DNA of 62,970 nt, filler included, from Reclinomonas americana ATCC 50394 (Eukaryota), in assembly GCA_048213135.1 (NCBI GenBank). It is 4 parts of 4 records of this genome, joined end to end, with 100 filler letters (N's around TTAATTAATTAA, not from the genome) between each part and the next. Parts side by side here need not be neighbours in the genome. Positions count along the whole stretch, not along the records: positions 28,812 to 54,573 come from AFZH01017328.1; 3 more parts are not named here. One strand, 5' to 3'. Within the stretch, counting starts at the first letter, position 1; the number at the start of each line of letters is the position of its first letter. The notes under the pieces were generated by a model. It searched no databases and was not told where the DNA came from. It worked only from the letters and a program-made list of their open reading frames with translations. The position numbers were made by a program, and so were the translations under genes. This document shows positions 30,950-44,187 of the stretch, piece by piece.

Positions 30950-31663
30950 CGACGACAATATACATAACGGGCCGCGCGAACGGTCGAACACGCATTGAGG
31001 TTCAATAACGATAACCCAAGCTTTCCTGATCCTCGCCACGGTGGCAGCGTACATCAGGAGGAGTGAGCGCTGCTCTGCTGATGGTGTTCCGCGAAAATGG
31101 GAACGATACGTGCACCAAGAATGGCGAAAGCCAGCCGATGCGATATCGATGTATTGTATTCGATCGCGAAATGCCGGCGCCGGCGTCTGTGCACGGAGAC
31201 GAGCCATGGCTTGATTCTGCAAAGTCTGGTAGTCTCCGCAAGGGTAATGGAGTTCGCGCCGCGCTCAATACGCTGGTGTTCGGCTGCCAGCCTCGAACCG
31301 GGCATGTATGACTCGGTCCGTTCGAATTTGCTTCAGCAAGGTCTTTCACCCCGCAGGAAAACCACTTCACGCCACTGCCCAGCTCCCCAGCTGTCGTGTT
31401 GCACGAGGCCTGCAGAGAGTATCCGTGTGAAACGGATGAGAGGTGCAGTTTAGGCAACCAGCCACCTCTGAAGTTGGTTTCTCTCTCTCCACAATAAGCA
31501 ACTGCACGCGGTCGGCGACAGCGGGGAAGGGAAGTGCATGCGTGGAGCTCCACGAACCACTCGCCTCCACATGCACACCACCACCACAGCGTCGGCAGTG
31601 ACGCATGTTCGGGTTTCCGCAGCGGGACATCGATTGGAAAAGTTTTCCGTTAGTCATACTGCG

Positions 31664-33449
31664 ATGGATGCGGAGCGTTTCCTCCCCAACCCCTTCCTCG
31701 GGCAACATGCCAGCGCCCCCACCGACGAGGACCGCGCACGAGTGCTTGCCGCCATAAGCACTCTTCTCGGCTTTTACGACAAGCGATCCGCGCGCAGCCG
31801 CCAAGTTGCGCGCACGTGTGTGTGTGCGGCCGCCAGCCAATCAATCACTAAACACTCTCTCTCTCTCCTGTTCAGGACGACGGGTTGACGCTCTACACGG
31901 GCGCAGCAGGCATCGCACTGGCCATGCACATTGTGCGCAACGCACTGGAGCGCGCGGGCGACACGAGTCGACTCACGAAGCGAGTGCAGCAGCTGGCCGA
32001 GGAATATCGAGGCGGTGTGGTGGACTCGGCGGCGGCCATTGAGCGCCTGCGACCACACAGCTTTCTCGATGGATTGGTCGGTGTGCGGTGGATGCTGCAT
32101 GTGACACAGAGCAGTGAGGAGAAGGCGGAGCAGCTGCGCGTGGAGGTGCCTCCGCGCGGTGGACAAGTGGCGTCATATGATAACTCGGTGCGTGGGCGTG
32201 CACGTCTCTCTCTCTCTCTTTCTCTCTCACACGCTGTGTTCTCTCTCTCTCTCTCTCTCTCCCTGTTCTCTCTCTTGGCGTGGCATAGATTCCCTACGAA
32301 TTCCTGTATGGCCGCGCCGGAGTCTTGTTCGCATTGATCTCCGCGCAAGTGGAGGATGGCGAGGCACTGGCGCGACAACTCGCTCACGCCATTGTGGATG
32401 ATGGGAAGGCGTATAGTCGGCAAACACGGAGCACGAGTTGCGCAGTTTCCTCCTCATGTGATTGGTCGCATGGCAGTTTCCACCTGATTACGCTCGCTCC
32501 TCAGTTCCGCTCATGTACGAGTGGCATGACTCGCGGTACATTGGATGCGCGCACGGCGTGGCCGGTATCCTACATACGCTGATGGAGGCGTGGGAGGTGG
32601 TCTCGGAGGATCATCGGAGGCAATTGGTGGTCGACTCATTGCATGGGCTGGCCGCTCTCGAACACGACAAGAGCGGGCGCTTCCCGACCAAGGTGGCGAC
32701 GGCAGAGGGCGAGCAGCAGAGGTTCACTGTCGCTGTGTGGTGGTGTGCGCTGATTATTTCTCACTTTCTTCTCGCACGCAGAGCAAAGCTGCTGAACCAC
32801 TGGTGCCACGGATCGGCCGGCATGGTGTTCCTGTTTACCAAGGCGTTTTTGGTGTTTCGCGTGGAAGAGTTCCTGCGAGTGGCGTTGCGGTGTGGTGCGT
32901 GCACCGGAGCTTGCCGAGCACCTCGTTTGTTAGACACGCGCTCACTGCCAATATACGCAGGTCGCGTGGTCTGGGAGGAGGGACTGCTCACGAAGGGACC
33001 CGGCTTGTGCCACGGTGAGAATCGAGAAGTGTGACGTGCTGCTGTCGTCAGTCGGCCTCTCACCGTGTATGTCTCAGGTGTGGCAGGCAGTGCATTTGCC
33101 TTTTTGGCACTCTATCGTGCTCTGCCGACGCTGGCCAGTCCTCGTGCGTGTCTTCGTACCCAACAGAGAATTGTCGACAATCATGATGGCTCACATGCAC
33201 CCCCCCTACCGCCGTTGCGCAGTGGTGGATGTCGACGAGGAGGAGCTGTCGCCGACAACGTGGTTGTGGCGGGCGCACCGCTTTGGCGAGTTTATCGTGT
33301 CACAGGAGTTTGAGCACTACCTCGGCGAGCCCGACGAACCGTACTCGCTGTACGGCGGCGTCGGTGGCGCCCTTTGCCTTTTGGCCGCACTGCTCGATCC
33401 CGACCACCCGTCCAGTCGCTTCCCCGCTTTCGAGCTGGCGAGGTGGTAG
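31664..33449 (+). CDS. LANCL: LanC-like protein (LANCL/GCR2 family)
   Basis: ERFLPNPF, LYTGAAGIA, PYEFLYGRAG, PLMYEWHDSRYIGCAHGVAGI, HWCHGSAG, GLLTKGPGLCHGVAG (Zn ligands), PDEPYSLYGG and RFPAFEL. Confidence 0.95.
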
Positions 33450-33583
33450 CACCGACAAAAAAACAAGGAAAAATTACATACAGTGTGTTTAGTCGCCGAA
33501 ATGAAAGCGTGGTGTGGTGTGTGATTGGATTGCATGTTTTCACTCGCGCGGGTGTGTGTGAGTGTGTGCGCTCTGACCGTCGC

Positions 33584-34697
33584 TCACTTGTCCTCCTCGT
33601 CGACCACGATCTCGGGCATTGGTTCCCCGTCCATCCACAGCGGGATCAGGCGCTCCTCCACCAACCGGCCCGTGTTCCGCTCGACCGTGCACAGACAGGC
33701 GCCACAGAAGCGCTCACGTGCCGCCGAGCCGCACGGTCTCATCGTCTCCTCGTCCCACTGCAGCGGCACCGTGGTCGGCGGCACCACCCGCGCGTGAATC
33801 TTCCGCGCCGAGATTGTGTTGGGCGCGCGGTACGACAGCAACCGCGCATGATGCAAGTGGCCGTGGAAGACGCTCGTGGTGCGCCCGCTCTCCATCCACT
33901 CCAGCAGCTGATGCCGCCGCTCCACGGGAATGTTAAAGTAGCCCTGCGAGTGCTCATCGGCACGCCGCAAGTAGAACGGGATGTGCGAGAACACAATCGA
34001 CGGCTCCGGCGCCGTCAGCTGCTCCCGCGTCCAGTCGACCGCCGCCTGCGCCATCTCCGGCGCCGCCTTGCCATACTGCAACAGCTGACTGTTGAGGCAC
34101 ACAAAGCGCACACCGCCGCACATGAACGAATAGTAGTCGGGCGCCGCAAAGCGCTCGGCCCACGCGCGAATGTACTCAAAGCTCGGCTGATTGCCGACGT
34201 CGTGATTGCCGCACACCGGCAGCAGCGGGATGCTCGGATCCAATCCATCCTCAATCGCTCGCCTAAAGCACTCCAGCTCCGCCTTCACACGCCCATCGCC
34301 CGGCTCAAAGTGGTCCAGAATGTCGCCCAACACCGCAATGAACCGCGGCCGCGGCGTCGCCGTCGACAGCAGCTGCAACGCGCGCGAAAACGAACGCGTG
34401 TCTTCCTCCAGTCCCTCGCCCAGCGTCCCATCCGCGCCCTCTCCCCGCCCCCACCGCGAATCACCAAACCCCTGTCGACACACGCATAAGCCGGCAGACA
34501 GACAGAGGCAAGGCTGAGTCGCATGACGATACCAGTTGCGGATCAGCAATGAGGCCAAAGGAGAACGTCGACTGCTCATCGTCGCCTGCAGGCAAGCCAA
34601 TGTCCTCGCCTAAGCATCCCTGGTTGACAGACCACGCCATGAACCGCTCGGCGTCGCTGAACGGAAGCTGCCGCGCGTCCATCATTGGCGCCGACAT
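33584..34697 (-). CDS. CPPED1: Calcineurin-like metallophosphoesterase, CPPED1-like
   Basis: IADPQLG, VLGDILD, VCGNHDVGN, CLNSQL, FSHIPF and FHGHLH motifs. Confidence 0.85.
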
Positions 34698-34795
34698 TGT
34701 TGCAACCCGGAGAAACTTACACAAATGCGTCTGTCTGTCCTATGCACGCGCGTGCGTGTGACTGACCAACCATCGCTTTCTCTTGTGCGTGCGTC

Positions 34796-37700
34796 ATGGC
34801 TGCTGGTGCAGTGTCCGCGGCCGAGCAGGAAGTGCAACGCGTGTTGCGCGACTTTGACGCGGCGGTGGTGTCTGAGCGCGAGGCCGTCAGCTCGCCTCTG
34901 TCAGCCACATCATCGCCCTCTGCTGCTGCTGCTGCTGCTGCAGAGGGTGGCGTGTTTGATCGCCTGCTTCACCGTGGCACACAGACGTTTGTGGAGGCGT
35001 TTGCGCTGGCGGATAAGAGTTGCGTGCGCGTGTGTCATGACCATGCCCAACGTGCAACCACTCTCTCTCTCTTACATGTGTGTGCGCAGGTGGTGTGTCT
35101 CTGCGTGAGACGTATCTCACGTTTCTTGACTCGCATGCGCTGCCGCATGTGTTGCAAGGCGCGCAGCCGTCAATGCTCGCCTCTCCCTCGCGCGGAGCTG
35201 CAGGTAATGAATGCACGCAACGATCATGTGTGTGTGTGCGTGTGTTTCTCACACATAGAGTGTGTATAGGGTCGCCGAGTCACAGCACGTCGTATCTGTC
35301 GGCATCGACGGACTTTCTGCATCGCATGCCGCCGGTGATTCCGCTGACGACGCAGACTGTGGACGCGGTGTTGGATGCTCTTCTGCGCATGACCACGGAG
35401 CATCCGCAGCGCACGGCGCATCAGGCGCTTGGCGTGCTCAAGCATGTGTTGCAGTCGGACGATCGATTTCTGCATCGGTTCAAGCCCTCGAAGGGCAACA
35501 TCTTCAAGCTCAATCTCGCGCTGTGGATTCAGAGTCAGGGTCCGTCCGTGCTGCCTCTCTGTGTGTCTCTCTCCGCGTCTGTCTGTCTCTCTGTCTTGCA
35601 GGCTGCTTGGCTGTGTCTGTGTGTGTCTGCGTCTCTCTCTCTCTCTCATACACACACACTCTCTCTCTCTCTCTTTCTCTTCCTCTCTCCCCTCTCCTCC
35701 CCTCTCCTCCCTCCCCTTTCCTCCCCTCCTCCCCTCCCCTCCTCCCCTCCCCTCCCCTATCCCCTCCCCCTTTTCTCACTCTGTCATCGTTGTGCAGAGC
35801 CGAGGGATCGCGAGCTGGCCGTCGATTTCGTGCTCTTCCTGCTGTCGACGTACGATTACCTCGACATTGACGACATTACGAACAATCCGAGCGTCATCTC
35901 CAAGGTCACCTGGGCCGCTCGCCGGCAAGCCATGGAGAAGATGAAGAGGCAGGAGGCGGCCATTTCCGAGCTGCTGGAGGTTGTGCGCAAGCAGGTGACG
36001 TCCGTCTGTGTGAGCAAATGTGCCCTGTGTCGATGCATGTACTCACGCGTCGCGTTGTAGGATACAAGAATAGGCGATCTGAGAGCGCAGGCCGAGGTGG
36101 CCGATCGGACGATTGCTGAACTGCAGCTTTCTAACGAAGGTCTTCACCAGCGATTGTCAGATACGGAGCGGATGCTGTCGGAGACGCGGGGCGAGCTGAC
36201 TGTCACCAACGAGAGAAGGTCCGATGGCGGTAGAAGCGTGCACTTGACTCGACCTCATTAGCTCACTCCATCGCCTGCCACACGCAGTGACCAACACGAG
36301 ACGCAGCTGGGGAGTCACCACTCGACTCTGGAGTCGATCCTGGCGTGGCGCAAGGCGGCCGATGTGCGCTTCGACGAGGTCGATGGCAAGCTGCGGTCGG
36401 TGGACGCCTCGTTTGTGTCGGCCGAGGAGCGCTTGGAGCAGCTGGAGGGACGCCTGGTCGATCTGAGGTGTGTGTTGGGAGCTTCGTGTCCTTTCTACGC
36501 AGTTGTGGACTCATCCTCTCGCAGGCAAGAACTGTCGCAGTTGGTTGACAAGTTTACCGCCACGGCGGCGAGCATGGATGAGACGGCAGCTGGCTTTGAG
36601 GTGCGTTTCTTCCTCTGTGTGTGTCTCACTCACTGCCGTTGTTGGTGTGCTGAACCGTGTCGATGCAGGCCATTGATGTCGTGTTTAGAAAACTCGTCGA
36701 GCGCATCGGCCAATGCTACGAGGTGCTCGATCAGCTGTCGGACCAGGTCGCAGACTCGCGCGAGGAGAGTGTCGCGGGTCTGGCGCGTGTCTCCCGCTCG
36801 ATCGAGAGTCAAGAGGTGTGTGTGGAAGTGCGACGAGTCGCTCGCTGCTCTCCTCGAATCATTCATCCGTGTCTCTTCTTCTTGGTGTGCAGGCGGCTCT
36901 GGAGGCCCTGCGAGAGCAGACCACCGAGACGCTGGCCGAGATCCGACAGAGTCTGTGGAGCTGCGAGGGTGGCATCAAGGAGATGCAGTCGTCGTTCGAG
37001 GAGCAAGGCAACGCGGTCAATCGCATTCTCGATGCCACCAAGCAGGTGGAGGAGTGCAAGCGGCTAACCCGCGACATGGCCGACGGCTTCAACCTCATCA
37101 AGTCCGAAGTCGACAAGCTGTGGGGCTCGGTGAAGCGCCTGTCGTCCATCAACGAGAAGCGCGGCTCGCTGATGCCCGACGAGCTCGGTGCGTCTTGCGA
37201 TTGCATTTGATTGACAGGAAGCGTCTCACTTTCTCTTCCTCACTTTTTGGCAGAGTTGCGCAACGGCTCACCGGGCACGATCGACGCCAGCATGCTGCGA
37301 TCGGTCACCGACGCCGAAATCGAAGATCACGTGCGCAAGCTGCAGTCGCGACCCGACTTTGACGACCTCACCAGGCGCATGAGTCAGGCCACTGTCAATG
37401 TGGACTCGGAGCAGTTGCGTCACCACCCTGTGACTCCCGTGTCTCCACCACCTCACGCTGACTCGTGCACGTGCAGTCGCCGCATGTCGGTGGCGCAACC
37501 AAAGGTCCGCGAGCCCTCACCCATGCCGTCCTCGCCTCCTCGGTCACCGTCTCCGATCGAGAGTGTGGCGTCGGATGTGCACGGCAAGGTGCATTTTCGT
37601 GATGAACAACAACTTTATCGCTCTTGTGCTCACCTGCCTTTGTTCACAACATTTGCAGGACGACCTTGGCGCCCATCAAGCACTGGACGGCGGTCTGAAG

Positions 37701-39017
37701 CGCTTCGACATTGACCCTGTCACTGGCACTCTGACGCTGTACGATGTGACGGCCGACTTGCGCTCCGAGGCAGATCGCATGCTGCGACACTTGGCGCACA
37801 CCACCTTGGCAGTTTCGTCCGCTGTGCTATTTTACGCAACAGAGAGGCAAGTGAGTGGCTGACCACACACATCTCCGCCACAGACGCCCTACAAAATGGA
37901 GTGCCTCGTGTGGGTGTCGTCGAACATTGAGTGGATGAACTCGCCGGCTGTGATCGACGCGGTGACCACCTTCCGCAAGTTGGTGCAGAGCCAGCAGTCC
38001 GGTGCCTCGGGTGCCTCGGGCAGCGCAGCAGGCGGCAGCCCGTCGGCAGGTTCCTCCAAGGCCGTTCGCATGATCTCCACTGAGGTTTGCAGTGTTCTTG
38101 CTTCTTTCGTTTCTCTGCGCGCCGCGGGTCATGACACTCGCTGCTTGCGTGTGTACACGAACAGCCACGAGCTGTGGCGACACTGGTGGCCAAGATCCCG
38201 CGGTTGGACGGCGAGCGACAGCTTGCCGCTCTCGCCACACTCGAGTGCTTCACACTGAACGGTATCACCACTGATTTTGTGTTTCATGCACGACTTACCA
38301 CTTGCTGACTCTTGTCGTGCCCAGATTCCAACATCAATCCCGTGCTCGATCACAACGGTATCGAGGCGCTGCTGGCGGCCTGCCAGTCGCCGAATGAGGA
38401 ACTGGCGTTTGCGGCGCTGCGAAACCTGAAGGCGTGCACACGCAAGAGTTGCGTGCTTTGAAATAATGCAAGGCGTGCCAGAAGCACTGCTGACCTCTGT
38501 GTACAGGCTCCTGCATCCAGCGGCTGGTGCGGTGTCAGGGATTCAACATGTTGCACCAGTTGCTGGGCCACCGAAGCGACACGCTGGCAGCCGCCTCCGC
38601 GTCGGTGCTCCGTAGCTGTGCACGCCTGAGTTGCGTGTGATCTCCCTCTTCCCCTCTCCCCCGTCTTCTCCTTCTCTGATTGTTGCGGCTGCAGACGAAG
38701 TGATTCCGGTACTACTCGAGATGGGCGTGGTGGAGACGCTGCTGGACCTGCTCAAGTCACCCTCGGACGGTGTGCTGGAGCACGCGGCCGGCGCACTGCG
38801 CAACTGCGCGGACGGCGACGAAGCCATCACGCGCATCGTGCGCGGCAACGGCCTCAACCTGCTGCTGGACGTACTGAAGAACAACGCCAACCCCGAAGTA
38901 CAAAAGTGCGCAGCCGGCGCCCTCAAAGCCTGCGCCAAGAACGTCAAGGCGCAATACGCCCTCCAGCAACTCGGCGGCCTCGACTTGCTGCAGCTCAAGT
39001 ACCCGCTGCTCAAGTAG
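34796..39017 (+). CDS. Large coiled-coil protein with C-terminal armadillo repeats
   Basis: Long heptad segments at about 35900-37200. ARM repeats such as GVVETLLDLLKSPSDGVLEHAAGALRNCA and GLNLLLDVLKNNANPEVQKCAAGALKAC. Confidence 0.75.
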
Positions 39018-39580
39018 CACTCCTGCTCTCCTCAGCCTTCACCCCTGATGCGCATTTCCGCGCTGCTGTTGTATTTCATTTCCGACCCCGATTTTTTCTC
39101 CAAGTACACTAGTATTCTGATGTCGGGGATATCTGAAGGAAGGGAAGGGGGCGACAAGGCGCCAAGTACAATAGCGAACAATCCCAAATTGTGCTCTCCC
39201 GCGCTTCCGTGTGTTTGTTGTTTGTTTGCGTGGGTCACAACAAGCAGTGTGCGTTCCGTGCGTTGCAAGTGACAGACCGCGTAACTTCACCGGCGCCTCT
39301 GACTGGAGGCCACTCGCGCACCAGTCAGCTGGTGAGTGAAACACACACGCACACGTTTGTCTGACTCAGTGAAACTCCACTTTCTCACACACGCGTGAGT
39401 GCGAGTGTGAAACGCGCACACATTGAGAAAGAGAGTGTGAGTGTGAGTGTGAGAGCGAGTGAGAGAAAAAAGCACAAAAAACGCATTGATTGATGGGGTC
39501 ATTCACCGATGCGATTCTCACACTCTCTCACTCTCTCACTGTCTCACTCTCTCACACACACACAGAGACGACGCTCTTCG

Positions 39581-41482
39581 ATGTCGAACCTTGAGGCCGC
39601 ACTGGCGGCCGCAGAGTCGGATCATGTTGATGTCAACAACAGCAACAACCTTCATAACAACTTGCACAACAACAATCATCAGTCAGTGCCGCCCATTGCA
39701 GTCGGCGGGTACACTCGCGGTCGCGCACCTGTCGTGGTCACAGTCAGGTGCACTCTCGTTGACACACACACGCGCGCGCGAGGCAGACGCATGTGTTGCT
39801 CATGCTGGATTCCTTTGTGTGTCTTGCGTGTGATTTGTTTGTGTCAGGCGACCTCCGTCGGGTAATGCGGCAAGTGGCAAATCGCGCTGTCGGTGTCGCA
39901 TGCCGCGCACGCCTCTGCGCTTCCTGTTGCTGTTGATCATTGCAGTGGCGGGCGTGTTTATGCTGGCTTTCGGCGCCTCGCATGTGTACAAGTCGGCGGG
40001 CGAGTCGACCTTTGCGCACGCGCTCAATGATCTGCGGCAGGTGATTACGCGGTGGAATTCGGAGTTTATGCCGCAATACGCGGCCGCCACGGTCACCGCC
40101 ACCCTCGGCTCCTCCATGCCCTTTTCGTTGTCGCGCGTCACCGATATTCCCGACCCGTCCATGCTCTACTCCATCCCCGATAATAATGCCGATTTTCGGT
40201 TCACCAGCATGTGGTTCGAGGCCGACATGAGCAACATCATTGACCAGCTGGTGCCGTTTGGCCCCGAGGAAGTGTGGGACGATGTAGTGGCGACGCTGAG
40301 CATCAAGTTTCTGGCGACCGGTTTGTGTGATTCAGTTGTGACGTGTGTGAATTGCATGGGTTTTTGCTGATGATGTTTTATTTTTTCACAGAGCAAGTAC
40401 TGCCGGTCGGCAAGTTGCCGCTGACGACGACGGTGGCTGTCACCGATGTGGACAACCACAAGGACTGCTACTACCACAAAGATGGATTTTGGGATGCGGT
40501 GCTCAAAAAGTGCACCGTCTATCGCCTGCTCGAGCAGGAGTGCGTCAAGATCGCCACGCTGCCGAGCAAGCACGAGGGCGACGAGCGTCCGGTGAAACCG
40601 CGCCCGCCACCGCTGTACGAGGTCAGCGACTCGTACGGAGGCATTGGGTGCGGGCCGACGGGGCCGGCGTTCGAGTTCCCCAATCGGTGGGTCGCTCTGC
40701 GGCCGGCGGGCTTTGCTTCCGGACCGCCGACATTCGAGCGACCTGCTTCCGTGGTGCCGACCATTCGCCTGCAGCCGGTGGAGGATCCTCTGGTGTACTT
40801 GGCCGGCATCACTGGCGGCACGTTCAATCTCGGCGCCAGCACCCCGCAGTACGCCAGCTGGGGCGTGGTCATGATTGTGGCCGGCGCTCTTTGTCTGCTC
40901 CCGCTGGGCGTGTACGCTGCCTTGCAAGTTGGCGGATGGGCGAAGCGTCGTCGCACCCTGCTGCACTACGCTCGCATGCGCGCCATGGCCGACAGCACGC
41001 GCCGCTCGCCGTTCCGCTTCACTGGCGAAGGCGACGACGAGGAGACCGAGGACGACGTGTCGTCGTACGACAGCACCGGACGGGGCGGCAGCGGCACCAG
41101 TGGACAAGAAGCGCGCCTGGTGAGCGGCAGTGGTGTCATCGACGACGGCAGCAGCATCCGATTAAGCGGCGAGCTGCCGTCGGTGCCGACGTGCGAGACG
41201 CTGCACGACGACGAAGGCAGCGACCACAGCTCGGGATCCATTGACGCGCACATTGCGGAGGTCATGGAGAGAGTGCAGCGGCAGCGCCTGCAGCGCCAGC
41301 GGTTACGCGGCCGCCCGCCACCAGCCTCCGCCGCCGCCGAGCCGTACACCGTCACCACCACCACTACCACCAGCCGTGCAACGTCACCAATCGTACTCGG
41401 CCCGCCATCATTACCACCGTCGCCCGGTGGCCCGTCTCTTCCACCACCGCCACCCTCATTAGTGCCCGGTGATAATCGCTAG
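39581..41482 (+). CDS. Two-TM membrane protein with Cys-containing luminal loop and disordered C-terminal tail
   Basis: TM1 LRFLLLLIIAVAGVFMLAFG; loop containing CYYHKDGFWDAVLKKCTVY; TM2 WGVVMIVAGALCLLPLGVYAAL; long open last exon. Confidence 0.7.
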
Positions 41483-41593
41483 CTTATTCATTTTGTATGG
41501 TAGACTCTTTTTTGTGTGTGTGTGTGTGTCTCTTGAGAGGGAAAATTGAAAGAAAACAGATCACGATTTGCACAAGGGCAGCACCGTTTCGCA

Positions 41594-44119
41594 TTACGCA
41601 GTGCGAGTAGACGGCAACGGCGTGCGCAGCGGGTACTCGGTGACGTCGTACACACCGCACCAGCGCACCAGCAGCTTGGCGATGATGTGCGCGCACCGAA
41701 TGACCTCGCTGAGGCTGACACTCTCGTTGGCCTGGTGTGCCTCGGCGGTGGTGCCCGGACCAAACACAACGGCGGGGGTGCCGTGTTTCTGCACCGGTGA
41801 GGTGAGCAGAAGAGCACAAGAACACAATCGACGAGAACAACGCACCGTGAGCATGCCGCCGTCGGTGGCCCACGGTGCAGCCTGCACGGTCGCCTCGTCG
41901 CCGGTGACGTCCTTGAAGGCCTCGCTAGGGGAGGCGCAATAAAAGGGTTAGACACGCACGCAGTATAGCACAGCACAACGCACATCGACAGTGCACGCTA
42001 CCTCAGCATGTCGACAATCGGCGAGTCCTCGTCGACCTTACCGCCCGGCCACTGCGCACCCTTCCACTCGACGGTCGGTGGATGCGCTCGCAGCCAGTCG
42101 TCGTCAATCTCCGTCACCACACGCTCCAGCTTCTTCTTGGCGTCCGCCAACGACGTCTCCGGTGGCACGCCGTACCGCCCCTCGAGGATGCACTGGTCGG
42201 GCACCGAGCTCGGCCAGTTGCCGCAGTTGAACACGCCAATGTTGATGGGAATCGGAATGGTGATCTTTGAGTACAGCGGGTGCTTGTAGAGCGGCTCATT
42301 CTGCTCACGCTCGAGCTCCTCCAGACGCTGCATGATCTGTGGGGCGACAAAAAAGATGATGAACAGGAGCTTTTGATGGGAAAGGGGAAGTCGACGAGAC
42401 CTTGATGGCCTTGCTGACGGCGCTCACGCCCTCGTACCGCGTGGCACCATGTGCTCCCTTGCCGCGCACCGTGATGCGGAACCAGGCCTACCAGTCGCCC
42501 ACAACAAACACAAGGGAGGTTGGTGAAGAATGAGGGAGCTCTCCAACACAAAGCATGCACGCACCACACCCGGCTGCTGCGGGAAGATCTTCATCTGACT
42601 CGGCTCCGGCAACAGCGCAATGTCGGCCTTGTAGCCCTCCAGGGCCACCGCCAGTGTTCCTGCGCGATCCATGTAAGTGTAACAAGCGTGGTGCATGGCG
42701 CACTTGTCAGACACTCACCGGCACCACCGCGCTCCTCCTCGACCACCGACTCGTACAGCACGTCGCCCTTGAGCGTGATGCCCGAATCCACAATCGCCTT
42801 GATCGCCAAGTACGACGACATGTTGCCGCCTGCAGCATCGTTGAGCTCCCGTGCATTCTCTCACTCTCTACCTCTCTCACACACACGCACCCTTCATGTC
42901 CGTGGAGCCGCGGCCGTACATGCGGCCGTCCTTGACGTCGCCACCAAACGGCTCAACCTTCCACTCCGACTCTTGACCTGTGCAAGATCGCGTGAGACAC
43001 GACACGAACAATTTCCCTTCTCCCCTCCCCTCCCTCTCACTCACCCACGGGAACCACATCGACGTGGCCATTCAAAATGATACTGCGACCATTCTCCTTG
43101 TCGCGCCCATCCAGCGTGCCCACAAGCACCGGGCTGCCACGGAAATTGGTGCGCTCATTGACGAAATACTCGCTCTTGCGCAGCTTCTCAATGTCGGGCG
43201 TCCACAGATGCGTCCGCATGCCCAGATCGCGCAGCTGGCCCTCCAGATACACCTGCAGCGCCTCCTCCTGCGCCGGCAACGACGGGAACCGAATCCATTT
43301 CTGCAGCGCCTTGACCGTCTCCATCCACAGACTCCCCGACAACTCGCTCTCCTTCGCATCTGCTCACTAATATTGAGCGAAACACGCCTTCCCCTCCCCT
43401 CTACCCGCTCCGCGCCTCTGCTGCAGCACACACGCACCAGCAAAGTAATCATCCACTCGCTCCTCTGCCACCTCCGTGGCCTCGCGTCCATCGCGCGCTC
43501 CTCGCGTGGAGAAGCCGTGCTCTCGCAGCACCTGCTGGATGCGCACCGCTGCCATGCGCTCCGCCTCGCGCAACTCATCCAACACCGTCGGAGGCGCCTG
43601 CGTCAACGTGGCAGCATTCGCACGCGCCTGCGCAGCCGCCAGAGCCGCATTGACTCGCTCCGGATCATCAACATCCTGGTCGCGCGCACATGCAGAGCAG
43701 TGAGCCTCCTCTTCTCCCTGCGCCTCTCTTTCTCTCTTGCGCTCACTCACCGGATCAATGCCGCTCTCCTCCAACACACGACGCACTTGCTCTTTGACGG
43801 CTTGCTCTCGCGCGGCCACCTGCTCACTCACTTCCGCACTGGCCGCGCTGTTGTCCATCACCACTGCAGACACACACACATACACCAGTCACGCACACAC
43901 ACGCACGCACACTATCTTCCCGGGTGCGCTCACTCAACGAGTCTCTGCATCTCCGACGGGTGACGTGGCCGATGGAGAAGGCGGAGGCGGAGGCGGGGGA
44001 GGAGTGGCCTTCTTGGTGGTCTTCTTCTTCCTGGGCACGGCCGAGGCCGACTCGGCACACACCAGCAGCAGCACCAGTGCGGTGGCGAGGAGCAGCGTGA
44101 GAAGCGCTCGACGATGCAT
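41594..44119 (-). CDS. M20 (ArgE/DapE) metallo-deacylase, Bacillus YodQ-like, with signal peptide and N-terminal extension
   Basis: [67 protein letters not shown] and FGPG...AHQANE; N-terminal [27 protein letters not shown]. Confidence 0.9.
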
Positions 44120-44187
44120 GACGATCGCAAAGAATGAAACGAAATTGCATGGACTCTACGGTGGATAATGTTCACGTGCTCGTTGGC

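Noticed and set aside
31028..31045. TCCTCGC resembling the HDV ribozyme L3 loop
   Set aside because: Flanking P3/P1 pairings required for an HDV-like fold could not be built.
31664..33449. LanC gene as a lanthipeptide biosynthetic cluster
   Set aside because: Ordinary stand-alone eukaryotic LANCL; no LanB/LanM or precursor peptide nearby.
33374..34489. Long antisense ORFs (e.g. 33374-34489 +, 40166-41107 -, 42980-43963 +)
   Set aside because: Shadow ORFs of GC-rich coding sequence on the opposite strand, with no recognisable protein features.
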